From NCBI RefSeq assembly GCF_009914755.1, contig NC_060926.1: a stretch of 64,000 nucleotides of DNA; one strand, written 5' to 3'. Below the pieces are notes generated by a model that searched no databases, was not told where the DNA came from, and saw only the letters and a list, made by a program, of their open reading frames with translations. Each line of letters starts with the position of its first letter. The stretch's first letter is position 1. The position numbers were made by a program, and so were the translations under genes. The DNA comes from the human T2T-CHM13v2.0 reference genome, Homo sapiens. Below are positions 12,363 through 29,422 of the stretch, one piece after another.

Positions 12363-13126
12363 TGCAAGCACATCCTCCCACAGCCTCTAACAGCCCATTT
12401 CACCTTGAAAAGAAAATCCATTGTCATAAGCAGATGAGCAACCCAACCTGTCAGGAACATATTTATCCTCCTGGCTGACTTGAGGCGGCTGAGGATCACT
12501 GAGGTGGGAGTCACCACTGAAAATAGTCACTGTGCTGGAGAGCGCTGGAGGAAATGTAATAGTGTTAGTTTACACATTAAACCCTTTGATACCAAGGGCC
12601 CTGCCACCTGCACCACCAGCCAAGCATCCCTGATTCCTGGCTGCCTTTGTGGCCCCTGTGGCCTTGGATGAGTGGCCACCCCTCCCAGGAAACATTCAGA
12701 GCACATTACAGATAATAAACAGATATGACTAATGAGCTCAATTATTGTAAATTTCTGGGTCATTTCTTATGGCATTTCCCTCCCTTCTCCTTTCATCTTA
12801 TGTTCAAAATAATTTCTTTGTATTTCCCTATCAACATGTCCAACCTGAGTTGGCGCACTGCCCCGAGTAGGTAAGGAGGAGAGGACATTCTGTTTTCTCA
12901 CCCCTTCCTCTGCTGACTCCCACCTCCACCTCATTTCCTCTCTGTGGCTTGTGCCAGGTGGGCCAGTACCTGCACCATCTTGAGAAAAAGTTGCTCAAAA
13001 AGATGCATGTAATATCACTGTCCACGGAGTCTTACAAATCTAACACTTTGAGGGCATAATCTTCAAAATTTCTGGTTTATTGATGAGTATTCTTATATGA
13101 TTTCTCAACACATTGGAATCACCTAG

Positions 13127-13519
<393 letters not shown>

Positions 13520-13758
13520 TGATTTAGTGGCGTGATGATTAGCCAGGCATGGGGATTTTTTGGATGCTTCCTATGTGATTCCAGTATTTAGCCAAGTCAT
13601 TTGTCAATGAGAGGGACTGAGAAAGAAGAAGCAGAAGGACACTCATAGTGAAACATCGCTCAAGTTGCAGTCTTCCTATGGACTCTCCCCTATGAACTCC
13701 CAATAGCCTTTGTCTCATTTAGATTCTTTATAAGCACAAGCAGTGAGATGAGTTTCCT

Positions 13759-14807
<1,049 letters not shown>

Positions 14808-15326
14808 AGTTTCCTAGGAGATCAGAAGCGGGGTGAGGCCACAGAAAAATCTCAAAAGCAGGTGTGTTTGTTTTCAGTGTCCTTTCATCTCTCTAGGAGT
14901 TTTGTCCTAGGGTTGCTGTCTCATTGCTCACACTACCCTCCTCTCCTCCATGACCCATGAAACGTTTTTGCAACATTGTTCGGGTGGCACAGATGCAAGA
15001 GAAAAAACTCAGTATTGGTGAGAGTGTGGGCTGGTGAAGGAGTGGGTGATTGACAGGATGTCTTGTGATGCACAAGATACTGAAGGAGCTTAGGGTAAGT
15101 GCTCCGGCTTCACGCACTGTGGTACACATAACGTTCCCTGGTCATTTCCCAATACACATTCCCTGGCCATTCTCCCTCAGCTTTCCCTCCAAGGCCTTTT
15201 CCTTCCCGTGAACATTTTTCTGTTCTGTGTTCCATACCTTCAGCGTCCTGCTGTGGGACCAGCTCTGACAGCCACAATCAATGGCCTTCCCGGGAGCCTT
15301 CTCCATTTGCCTTCTTCCTTGCTGGC

Positions 15327-16019
<693 letters not shown>

Positions 16020-16085
16020 AGCAGAACCTGGAACTTTTTCAGGTATCTGACCCTGCAGCAGATGGTGAATCTTGATTAGTTCAAG

Positions 16086-16490
16086 CAGTGGTCTTTTACC
16101 TTGGCTGCATATTAATAACACCTGAAAAGTTCTTTAAAAACTACTGATACTTGGGCCTCACCATCGTTTAATTGGTCTTTCCTGTGCGGTTCTCATGATA
16201 GTAAGTTTCACGAGATCTGATGGTTTTAAAAAGGGGAGTTTCCCTACACAAGCGCTCTTCTCTTGTCTGCCGCTATGTGAGACATGCCTTTCACCTTCTG
16301 TCATGATTGTGAGTCCTCCCCAGCCATGTGGAACTGTAAGTCCAAGAGACTTCTTCCTTTTGTAAATTGCCCAGTCTCAGATTTGTCTTTATCTGCTGGT
16401 GACACTGGTTCTGATTTAACTGGCCTTGAGTAGGGATGAAGAGTTCCCATATGATTAAAATGTGCAGCCAAGACTGAAGATCACTGGTCT
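16086..16490. mobile_element. MER5-like element interrupted by a THE1 fragment
   Basis: CAGTGGTCTTTTACCTTGGCTGCATATT...GGGCCTCACC on the left; TTCTGATTTAACTGG...TGTGCAGCCAAGACTGAAGATCACTG on the right. Confidence 0.7.
16174..16393 (+). mobile_element. Internal fragment of a THE1 LTR lacking both termini
   Basis: GGTCTTTCCTGTGC...GAGATCTGATGGTTTTAAAAAGGGGAG...CCCAGTCTCAG...GTCTTTATC. Confidence 0.85.
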
Positions 16491-16783
16491 AGGATAATCA
16501 TGGCATTTCAACTCCCCTTGCCAGTGGTTAAGATAGGGCAAACAATGCCAGTTTGGCAGATGAAACATGAGAATGCAGGGATGGGAGTGGGGAGATTTAG
16601 AAAAAGTGTCTCACCTTTAGGAAGTGATGATGTTTCTTTCCTTTTCATGGTCTTGGAGTTGTTGGGCGGGGGTGTGATGCTTGTCGCCATTGCAGCTATC
16701 TTTTGACTGTGAGTGGATATACCAGAGGACATAGATTTCTATGATGAGGTTTGCATGATGCAATGTTAAAAACAACCTAGGTT

Positions 16784-17100
<317 letters not shown>

Positions 17101-17329
17101 CTAAACAAGTCAAATTTGGAACCCCAGCCCTCTAGTTGGGGAGAGGTGGCTTGATAGCATGCCCTGCTAAACATGCACAGCACCTTCTGCTGGGTGTAAA
17201 GCTCTCTTAGCTCTAAAGCTGTTCACTCATCACAGGAGAGCTGCCAAGAGCCAGTGGCCTTGCTGGGCAGGCCTTATCTGCTACTGAGGGCTTTGGGCAG
17301 TGAACGAAGACAGAATTTGGGCAGATTCA

Positions 17330-17492
17330 GGCTTGACTTCTGGTCACTGTGTGAATTGACTCAATGAAATGCATAGACTAAGCGCCTTGGTTTTATCATC
17401 TTTACAATGGGACTAGCACCCAAGGGTTGTTGCTATGGTTCCATTTAAAGAACTCAGCACAGTACCTGGCACGTTGTAACTTCTTAGTAAGT
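17330..17492. mobile_element. MIR remnant
   Basis: TCATCTTTACAATGGG...AGGGTTGTTG...CTCAGCACAGTACCTGGCACGT. Confidence 0.65.
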
Positions 17493-18037
17493 GGCAACTT
17501 TTACACTTTTTGGTATATTTACTCTCCTTATGCTGCAATGAGCAAGAGGTGAAATAATTGGAAAGAATAACAAGAGAGATGTTTGATTTTTGGAGGACTA
17601 GTACTCTAACAGTTTTGAAAGACTGAACAAGTTTTTCCTGTGGTCCCCTCTGCCTGAAATTTATCAAAATAATTTGAGCCTGATTCGCCAAGTCAGCACA
17701 GATGTTGGGCCCAGTGTGACTGGCTGAGCTCTATATTCTAGCTCTGCCAGCTGATGGGTTTGATGGATGCGTGGAGCCCACAAAACCCCTGCTACTGGTC
17801 GTGCAAAGGCTGTGTCTGAGCAGCGGGACCACACCTCCCTTAAGGCTGAGTACCACTTGGGACAGCAGCTGTGGTGGGGAGGGGGGCTGTGGAGCTCTGT
17901 GGGGATGGGGTCCTCCGGCTTTGAGGGCTGAGTTCTGGAGTCCAGTGTCACCTAGATCCAGAGTCCTGACCATACTGGGTGGGGCAGTGGGGGTGGGGGG
18001 GGTCCCATCGTTCCCTAGAGCTGGCTGTCAACCTGAC

Positions 18038-18387
18038 TGATACAGTTTGGCTCTGTGTGCCTACCCAAATCTCATCTTGTAGCTCCCATAATTCCCATGT
18101 GTTGTGGGAGGGACCCAGTGGGAGATGATTGAATCATGGGGTCAGGTCTTTCCTGTGCTATTAACTTTAGAGTGAATAAATTTCATGAGATCTGATGGTT
18201 TTAAAAAGGAGTTTACCTGCACAAGCCCTCTTCTCTTGTCTGCTGCCATGTGAGACAGGGCTTTCACCTTCTGTCATGATTGTGAGGTCTCCCCAGCCAC
18301 GTGGAACTGTAAATCCAAGAGACCTCTTATGTAAATTGCCCAGTCTCGGGTTTGTCTTTAAGGGCAGTGGGAAAGCGGACTACGAAA
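18038..18387 (+). mobile_element. THE1 (A/C-like) solo LTR, full length
   Basis: TGATACAGTTTGGCTCTGTG...CCCAAATCTCATCTTGTAGCTCCCATAATTCCC...GGACTA; 5-bp TSD CTGAC/CCGAC. Confidence 0.9.
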
Positions 18388-20864
18388 CCGACCTTGTGCC
18401 TGGAAGCAGAACTGGGACTGGGGTATCAGATCATGGTCTCCAGTTGGCCCTGAGTGGTTCACTGGGGCTCCCCGGGAGCCCACTCACTGCCCTTGGCCCT
18501 CCCCACCCAGCTGATTTTCTTCCCCAGTGTCTACAGTCCTTGTTTCCTCCTTTCTTTCTTCCACCTTTATCCAGGCTTCAACTGCCCTGCTCTCTGTCCC
18601 TTCTGTCACTTCCCCTGTTGGGAAATGTCCCCACACCCCCCACTACCCCTCGTCTCTGAGACCTTCTCTCAGTTGGGCTCAATATCTGCTCCAGGGAAGT
18701 CTCCACGTTCACATCCCCCTCCAGCCGCACTTCCTCACTTGCCTGTTTTAATCATCCTTATTTTATCCTTATATGCCCTCTACTATATCTACTTCTAGTC
18801 CATAATTCCATATCCCCCTCCTGCCTTTTCAGGAGTCTTGCTGATCAGTCATATTGTTGATCATCCTTTTGCCCCAAAACCTCCAGTCTCATTCTCAGAA
18901 CTTATTCTTTTTCATCTATTTGTTAAAATGTCAGGTTTCTCCTATCTTAAAAACAAGACACATGAAAAGGACACCCTTTGCCACTAATGTCCTCTACCCA
19001 GGAAGGAAGAATTGTCCAGATCCGCTGCCCCTCCACTCCTCCCAGCCTTCCTAGCCCTCGGCAGTGTGGCTTCCTCTGTCATTACTTCTCTGAATCTGCC
19101 CTCCCCAGGGGCACAGTTGACTTCCTTGTGACCAAATCCAGAATCTCCCTGAGGCAGCAGCCTAGAGGAATGGGTGTGGCTCTGCAGCACCCCCGTTGGT
19201 TCAAATTCTGGGCCACCCTAGGGAGAACATTGACCTTAGCTAAGTTTCTTAACTCTTTCAATAGCCTTGAAAGGGTGGGGCCTATTGCTTTCCCAGGGTC
19301 CAATAATAACCATAGTGAATATTTACGGCAGGCATCCTGGGCAGGGCTTCTGCTCAGTGCGCTGTAGGGACTGTGAGTTTTGTGTATGGGAGCTCGAACA
19401 TGTTTACTGAATGAATGAGTACATTGTGCCCAAATAGTATTAACTAGGTACTTTAAATTCCCACTTCCACCTTCATCCCCACTCTGTCCACCAGGTCCCT
19501 GGTTTAGTTTCTGATTAAGAAGCGATTAAACAAAGACTGTCTTCTTAATGTCCAAATTAAAGCTATTTCTAGAATCGACATCTTACATGGATGATTTGGA
19601 TCTATCCTAAGACTGAGCATAAGAGGTATCTTTGGAGTGTCTGTTCATATGAAGGTCACATTCTGAATTGGTATGTAAATTCAGGATGGTTAGATTAATA
19701 TCATTCTGCAGCAAAAATTTGATCATTCTGGTTATAGTCAGATCAAACACATTTTTAAAAACTCTGTAATCCAGGTCCTCTTGTGCAATTTGTGAGACTA
19801 GAAAATCAGGGGTTAAAAAACCCATCTCAAGGTCCTAGAATGAAGATCTTTACATGAGAAAGAAAACTACTCTGTAAAAATAAGCAGGTAGATGAAATGG
19901 GCAATTAAAATAAAACAGTTGGGCGTCTTAATTGAAGTTTCATTACCCTTGTCCTTGGAAGTAAGTGACTGTAAACTCAAGCTGGGAACTGGGGAGTGGG
20001 ATCTTACTGAGTGATGGTAAGGGGTTGCGGAGGCCTACTGGGTGCACCGTCTGGGGGTCAGGAAGTGTGAACAGTGTCAAAGCAACAAGATCATGGGCCT
20101 GGCTTTCAAAGAGATTTCAGTCTCTTTGAGGAGATTAAACTAACCCCATAAAAAACACAGCATTCGATGCAAGGCTGAATAATTAAGTGCTAAATTGTGG
20201 CACAGATGCTAAGTGCTAGTGGAGCCCAGATGAGAAGATCTATGCATCTTGGAATAGCCTGCAAACTCTTAGGGAGGGCAATGGCTTCCAGCTGAGTCTT
20301 GAGGAATGGGCTCAGTTTCTATGACCTCAGCCTGGGCAAGCTACAAAAGCGCGTGAAGTGTGATGGGCAGGTATCAAGAGAGGAAATCTGTGGTCTGGGA
20401 CTCTCCCAGTGAAATGACTGGATACCCAGCTCCTCCCCAGCCAGGAGAACTTGGCCCACAAATCCCTGTGGATGCTACTTACCTTGAGCCCTCCTGGCTT
20501 TCCTGGGTTATGTTTCTTTCCTGATCTGCTTTCCGTAGGGGCAGGTGACCTTCTAATATCTTCCACTCAAGGCCAGCTCGTGTTGGCCCTCTGCCCCTTC
20601 TTCCGTCTGGTGTTCTTGTTATCAGACCCCAAAGTCATATGGGCTACCTATTTTCAGCACCTCTTTCTTTCAGCCCCCTAGTAATCATGAGTCCCTCTCC
20701 AGAGAACTCTGGACAAGTCCTGGAGGGGCTGGAAGTGCATCTGAGCAGAGCATCCCCACGAGCTTGATGGGCTCCTCCTTTGTTCCCATCCCCAGTCCCA
20801 ACTATCCAGTTCTAGCCAGACACCACAGTCTCCCCACAGGTTAGTTGTTTCTCCTGAGAGCTTT

Positions 20865-21290
20865 TATTAGTCAGAACTCATAGGGTTAGAAGAGATTAAA
20901 AAAAAAAAAAAAACCTCATTCTAAACTAGATCTTAAAAGAGAGGAGGCATTTGTTGAATCATGAAACCAAAACTTATAGGGGTTCACATATGGCTGAATC
21001 CAGGTGATCCCAGATATCCATAGGAGTCCGCTATGCTCCATCAGGCACCATTCTCTCGGGCACTTTCCCCCAAGTGGTAGCAACAAGTTTACACTCTGTC
21101 AGATAGCCACACTGCCTAAGTCCTAGGGAAGAAATAATAGAATTTCTTCTCCATAGTCCTAGGGAAGAAATAATAGAATTGATTGTGGTTTGTCTTTCTT
21201 GGACCATTTTATCCAACCCTGAATCATTTCAGCCAAGGAAATGAGATACTGTTATGGCCAGGACTGGTCACATGCCCATCTGTGGAGGTA
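20865..21290 (-). mobile_element. Old MLT1 (K/L-like) LTR remnant
   Basis: TATTAGTCAGAACTC...CTAAACTAG...GGCTGAATCCAGG...GGCCAGGACTGGTCACATGCCCA. Confidence 0.55.
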
Positions 21291-22808
21291 GAGTCAGGAA
21301 GAGTGGGTTCCCCAAGTGGAGGATGTGGGTTTTATTACCAGAAGAAAGAATGCTGACCAGGCACACATGGGTGCCCATTGTGGAAGTGAAATGGTGGCCC
21401 TTGCTCCCAATGGCCATGGGCTGTATGTCCCATCATTGCTGCCCCTACTGCCCCATGGGTAAGGCTGATGCTGAAACTCTTGTCCTTACTTACCCTTCAG
21501 AGATGCTCAGAGGCAGGTCTGAAATTTCCAGATGTTTCCACAAGTTTCCAACAGACTATGTTGGGAAATCTGGAAAATACTGTTTTCAAAGATTTGGAAG
21601 ACCTTTAGAAGCCTCCATTTTCCCCTCCTTCCTCTATTTTTCCCTCTGTGGCAATAGCTGACCAAGGAAGCTTTGGAGATCCCCCAATTCACTGCTTGTT
21701 TCTCATTTTGTTGACCAACACCTTGGATTCCCAAATAAGAAAAGCAATCAGGAAGGTTTCAGAGTGATGTGGAAAGAGGGGCAAGGAGAGGGCCAGGCAT
21801 TTTCATGCATAGCATTTGCACAAGGACAGAGTGCCAATCTCCCAGCAAAGTTGGCAGACAGGGCCTCCAGCAGTTAGAGTGACAAAAAGGTAATCAGAAC
21901 CACTTGCCACTTTCCATTGAGACAGACATGGGAGCCAAAGTGGGAACAATTCCTGGATGATAAATTGTTTCTTGCTTTTCCTTTGAACTTCAAGATCCAT
22001 CCCCCTGGGTCCCTCCCATCTGATGGATTGACTGACAAGTTCAATGGGCAAGGAGAGGATTCCATACCCAAGAATCTGAGCTGTGTTAAGGCAAGTCTCT
22101 GAAGCTAATTGAATGCGAATGTCAGCTGCCACCGATAGGGGTAATAGGAAGAAAAGAATTACCTTCATCAGGGGAACTTTTAGGGGCTGAGAGAAAAACC
22201 AAGCAGAATAAGCAAAGCCTCTTGAACTTCAATGTGACATTTTTGCAGCCCCAGCAAAAGTCAGTTAAACGCTAGATTTTAACTCTTCCTTGAAGAATGT
22301 ATTGCTTTTCTGCAATCAAGAAATTAAAGCTAGAGCACTATAAATTTTTAATTGACATAACTTTGTATATTCAGCTTCACATGCTGATATTTTTATCATA
22401 TCATGAACATTGTAAACCAATGCCATTTTTCAAAATCATCATAAATGTCTGTATAATTCAGGGAAAGGATATACCATGCTGTATTTAAACATTTCTCACT
22501 CTTTGGTCATTTTGGATGTTTCCAATGTCTTGTCATTGTAAATTGTTCCACCTCACATTTCTGAGGCAGTGTTGAATGAATGTTTATTCATTTTTGCCAG
22601 CATTGAATATTATTTTTAAAATCTATTGCCAATTTGGTAGGTAAATAGCTTCTCTCTAATTCACATATCTTTGACTACTCATAAGGATAAGTATTACTTT
22701 GCATGTTTATTAGTCATTTGTATTTCAACTTCTAAAAATTCTCTTTATGCTCTTCACACATTTTTCTTCATAGTTCACAGGAACTCTTTATATGTTAAGT
22801 ATATTACA

Positions 22809-23105
22809 GGCCAGACATGGTGGCTCATGCCTGTAATCCCAGCACTTTGGGAGGCTGAGGTAGGCAGATCTCTTGACCCCAGGATTTCAAGAGAGAGCAG
22901 CCTGGCCAACATGACAAAATCCTGTCTCTACTAAAAATACAAAAATTAGCTGGACATGATGGTGTGTACCTGTAATCCCAGCTACTCAGGTGGCCAAGGC
23001 ACGAGAATTGCTTTAACCAAGGAGGTGGAGGTTGCAGCGAGCCAAGATCTTGCCACTGCACTCTAGTCTGGGTGACAGAGTGAGACTTTGTCGCTAAATG
23101 AATAA
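22809..23105 (+). mobile_element. Alu (J/S-like)
   Basis: Sense dimer; TSD-like AT(A/G)TTACA. Confidence 0.9.
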
Positions 23106-24131
23106 ATGTTACAATTTATTCTATTAGAGTTACTGTTAACATCTTGTTATTTGTATTTAAAACTTTTGTAAAAGATACAACTTAGTATTTTTCTAATATT
23201 ATTAATGTATTTTTTGAATAGTAATACATTTGCTTGGTTTAAGATTAAACAGGCACTAAGGAGAGCAAAGTGTTTCCTCTCCAGTCTTGCCCTTTTGTGA
23301 CTGAGGTTTCCTCCTGAAAGCACCCATTATTACCAATTTTTGTGTATATAGTCAGAACTTTCTTCTGCATATTCTGTATCTACAAATTTCTACATTTATT
23401 TTTTTCATATTCCCTTTTTATACAAATATAATATTTGTAATCTTCAACTTTCTTTTTCTAACATTTTGGAGTTCATTTTATATCAGTACATAAAAGCTTT
23501 CTTACTCTTTTTATGATGCCATGGTATTCTATTGTATGGTTTATTGTAGTTTTATGACATATAAAAAAGTTAAGGACTTTACAGTCAGATCTATCTTTCC
23601 ATTTTTAATTTAATCCATTGATTTTATGCTTAAAATATCTTTCACTGTGCAGTCACTTAAATACTCATCTGTGTTTTCTTTTGTGTTTAAACTTTGTATT
23701 TTAAGATAAAGGTAAATTCATCTGCAATTATAAGAAATAAGAGATCCCTCACACCTTCTACCTAGTTTCTCTCAATGTCTTGGAAAACTATACTAAAATA
23801 TTACAGCCAGAATATTGCTATTGATAGTTAAATTGATCCTCCTGCCTCAGCCTCCTGATGTGTTTACTTTTTAAAGCAACTGTGAAACTGTTTTCCAGAG
23901 TGGTTGTACCATATCGCATTCCCACTAGCAATGTATGAGGGACACAGTTTTCTGCAGCCTTGTCAGCATCTGGTGTTGTCACTATTTTTTGCTTTAGACA
24001 TTCTGATACGTGTATACTGATACTGCACTGTGGTTCCAATTTGCACTTCCCTAAGGGCTAATGATATTGAATGTCCTGCATGTGCTTACTTACCATCTAC
24101 AATTCCTCTTTAGTGAACTGTCTCTTCACAT

Positions 24132-24486
24132 CTGCTGTTGTCTAAATGTTTGTCCTCCTAAAATTGATATGATGTAATCCTGACCCCCAAGGTGATGGCA
24201 TAAGGAGATGGAGCTTTGAGTGGTGGTTGGGTAATGAGGGTAGAAGCCTCATGAATGGTATTAGTGCCATTGTAAAGGAGACCCCAGAGGACTCCTTCTA
24301 ACATGTGAGGAAACCGCCAGAAGACGGCACTCTGTGAACCAGGAAGTGGGCCCTCACTAGACACCAAATCTCTTGGCACCTTGATCTTGGACTTCCTAGT
24401 CTCCAGAACCTTAAGAAATAAATTTCTGTTGTTTATAAACCACCCAACCGATGGCATTTTTAACAGCGGTCTGAACAGACAATGAC
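24132..24486 (+). mobile_element. MLT1A-like MaLR LTR
   Basis: CTAAATGTTTGTCCTCCTAAAATT...CCTCATGAATGGTATTAGTGCC...CACCTTGATCTTGGACTTCCTAGTCTCCAGAAC...AATAAATTTCTGTTGTTTATAA. Confidence 0.85.
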
Positions 24487-24648
24487 TGTCTTTTGCCCAT
24501 TTTCTAATTGAATTATTTCTTTTTTTACTGTTGAATTTTGAGAGTTGTTTATATATTCTAGGTGTTAGTCCTTTGTTGGATATGTGGTCTGAAAATATTT
24601 TCTCTCAGTTGGTTGCTTATCTTTTTCTCCTCTTAACAGGGTCTATCA

Positions 24649-25036
<388 letters not shown>

Positions 25037-25382
25037 CTAAGCCTAGCCCTCAGTCCTGAACATTTTTTAAATTTTTTTTCTAAAATTTTACAGAAATTTA
25101 GTTTTATATGCAAGTCTGTGATCCATTTTGAGTTAATTTCACATAAGGGTGTGAGATTTAGGCCAAGGTTTTTGTTGTTGTTTTTTGGCCTCCGATGTCC
25201 AGTTGCTTCAATACCATTTGTTGAAAAGGCTATCTTTTCTCCACTTAATTGTTTGGCATGCTTATCAAAAATCGGTTGTGCATATTTGTTTGAATTTGTT
25301 TTCCTTATTTTGTTTTATTGATCTATATGACTATACCTCTACCAATACCACATTCTTGATTATTTTAGCTATATAAGTCTCA

Positions 25383-25730
<348 letters not shown>

Positions 25731-28419
25731 CTAGTTCCTTTGCCTTTCAATATAAATATTAGAATAACCTTATCTATATCAACAACAACTCTTATGTGGA
25801 TTTTGAAAGGAATTGTATTAAATCTGTATATCAATTTGAGGAGAATTGACAGCTGTACTATATTGAGTCTTATAATTTATGAACATGTAAGTCTCTGTTT
25901 ATTTAGATATTTGATTTCTTTCAACAGCGTTGTATAGTTTTTAGTGTATAAGACATACATGATTTGTTGGATTTATATATAAATATTTTCTTTGAGTGAC
26001 TGACTGTAAGTGGCATTGTCTTTTAATGTTGGTTTCCATATGTTCATTATGATCATGTAGAAATGCAGTACTTTTTTTGTGTTGACCTTGTATCCTGTAA
26101 CCTTATTGAACTCACTTATTCTAGATTTTTTTTGGTAAGATTCCTTGGGATTTTCTACATAAACTATCATGCCATCTGCAAATAGGGGCAGTTTTACTTC
26201 TTCATTTTCAATCCGTATGCCTTTTATTTCCCTTTTTTGTCTGTTGCCCTGGCTAGACCTATCAGTACTATGTTGAGTAACAGTGGTGACAAAGACATTC
26301 TTGCCTTGTTCCCTATTTTAAAGGGAAAGCATTGAGGCTTTCATTAAGTGTAACGTTAACTGTAGGGTTTTTGTAGATTATCATTATCAAGTTAAAGAAA
26401 CTCCCCTCTATTTCTATTTTTCTAGAGTTTTTTTTTTTTTTTTTATAAATGGGTGTTGGATTTTGTCAGTTGCTTTTTCTGTAGCAATTGATATGATCAC
26501 ACGATTTTTCTTGAGCTTGTCGATGTGGTAGATTACATTGATTTTATTTATTTTTCTCAAATATTGCATCAGCCTTGCATCCCTTGAAAAACGCTTACTG
26601 CTCATGATGCACAATTCTTCTAATATATTGTTAAATACTATTTACTGATACTTTGTTAAAGAACTTTATATACACAATCCACATTGGTTTTTAGTTATAT
26701 TTTTTGTATTGTCTTTGATTTTGGTGTTAGCATAAAACCAACAACATAAAATGAACTGGGAAGTATTCTCCTCTTTTCTGGAATAGATTGTATAGAATTG
26801 CTGATAGATTTTTTAAAAATATTTGGTAGAATTCTCTAGTGAAACCATCTGGACTTGTGGATTTTGGTGGGGGGAGATTTTTTAAATTGCAAATTTAATT
26901 TCCTTAATAGTTACAGGGCTATTCAAATAATCTGGTTTATCTTGGATGAGTAGTGGTGGTTTGTGTTTCTTTAGAAACACTAGTATTTTCTTTGAGTGAC
27001 TGTTAAGTGTGTTTCTAAATAGACTTAACCACTATTCACTCCAGATGAACTAGATTGTTTGATTAGCCCTAAGCTATTAAGGAAATTGAATTTGTAATTT
27101 AAAGTACATCTATTTTATCTAAGTTATCAAATATATTGTGTAGATTTGTTTATAGTCTCTTTTAATATCTTCAAGGTCTGTAGTAACACTCCATGTTTCA
27201 CTTGTGATATTAATAATTTGTGTCCTCACTATTTCTTTGTTCATCTTGCTAGAAATGTTTCAAGTTCATCAATCTTTTCAAAGAAACAGCTATTTTTAAA
27301 ATTTCAATTTCATTAATTTCCTATTTCTTTCCTTCTGCTTGCTTTGGGTTTATTTTGCCCTTTCATGGTTTTTTTCTCTCTTCTTTTTTAAGTTCTTGAG
27401 GGTGGAAGCCTAGATTATTGATTTGAGACTCTTCCTCTTTTCTAAACATATGCTTTCAGTACTATAAGTTTTTCCTTCTCAGTACTCTTTAGCTGTGTCC
27501 CACAAATTTTGATCTTTTTTTTTTTCATTTTCATGCAGTACAATCAGTGTATTTTTAACATTCCTCTTAAGACTTCCTCTTTGATTCATGGATTATTTAG
27601 AAGTATGTTGCTTAGTTTCCAAGTGTTTGAAAAGTTTGTTATTGATTTCTAGTTTAATTTCATTGTGGTCAGAGAAACACACTGTATAATTTAGATTCTT
27701 TTAAATTTGTTAAGATTTGTTTTTGGGCCTGTAATAGGGACTGTTCTTGGTATACGTTCTGTGGGAACTTGAAAAGAAAGCGTATTTTTCTGTTGCTGTG
27801 TGGAGTGTTTTATAAATTTTGATTAAATCCTGTTGGTTGATGGTGCTTTTCAGTTCTTTTACATTCTTGCTGATGTTATGACTAGTTCTACTAATTGCTG
27901 AGAAAGGGGTGTTGAAGTTCCAACTATAAGACTATGGATGTGTCTGTTTCTACTTTCAGTTCACATATTTTGCTACCTTCTGGTCTTAGGCAGAAAATTC
28001 AACCTTATTAGGAGATGGTCTGCTAGACCTCGTTGACTAAAAATTGAGTTTTTATTCTATTTCTTATATTTTATTATATATTTTTAATTTTATTTCAAAG
28101 AGCAAACAAATGTCTTTTGGAGTCTGTTGACAAATTATATAATTTTCTCCTCTGACTTATCCTTAAATGTTTCTTCAACATGAAGTACATTGTATTTCTT
28201 AATTATTCTTAGATGTTTACCTCAGGGTTCCAAGAGGAAAATGAGGTGGCTGAGCTCTCTGTGAAGAGACCTAAGGGTTATGTGATATTGAGATAATTTG
28301 TTGTAAAATGCCTAAAGTTTCAGTCTTCTGAAACATTGGCTTCATTCATTTTAGGTAAAAAATACTGACTTCTGTTAAAATTCAGAGCTTTTGAAAATTG
28401 TGAGCTCTATGAGAGGTAG

Positions 28420-28612
28420 TGTTGGCAAAATGATTACAAGTATGGGCTTTAGAGGCAAAGTTCGGGCTTCCTAGTTACACTTGTTACCTGTGTAACTTTA
28501 GGATGGTATGTAAAGTCTCTAATAGTTTCTTCATCTTTGAAATGGGATTGAAATCTCTCAGGATTGTTTTAAGAATCAAATGGATAACTAGTGCCTTGCA
28601 TTCACTATATGT
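28420..28612. mobile_element. MIR remnant
   Basis: ATGGGCTTTAGAG...TGTGTAACTTTAGG...TTTCTTCATCTTTGAAATGGG. Confidence 0.65.
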
Positions 28613-29041
28613 TTGCATCTCAGTTGGATTAAGGGATGGAGCCAATGAGTTTGGGATTGGCTTTATCTCTAGTGTGAGGGTTTTCCCAGGATGGGAACCA
28701 TTTCCCGTTTTCCTTTCGTTTGACAAAACTGTATTCTGTAAGTCACAGGGACATTAGCAGGAAAGTGCCGGTGGCTGAGAGTAGTCAGTTGACTTTATCA
28801 ACACATGTTTCTGTTCTTAGGTCAGAAACATCATCTTTAGAAAGTGAAAATATGTTTACTTGCACACTTTTATTTATATGCTAATCACACTTACTGGCCA
28901 TGGTACAATAAGTGTGTACCTTACTTATGGAGAGGTTCCACCATATCCCAAGCCAGGTATTAGAACCAAAAGCACTGTGTGGTATCCAAATCCAGCTTTA
29001 CAATTATTCCTTCTGTTTAGACATGTTAAAAATTAACTACA

Positions 29042-29422
<381 letters not shown>

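Noticed and set aside
21119-21180. Repeat-spacer-repeat pattern as a CRISPR-like array (also 30953-31001)
   Set aside because: Only two units with 7-10 bp spacers, in human DNA, with no cas genes; these are simple duplications.
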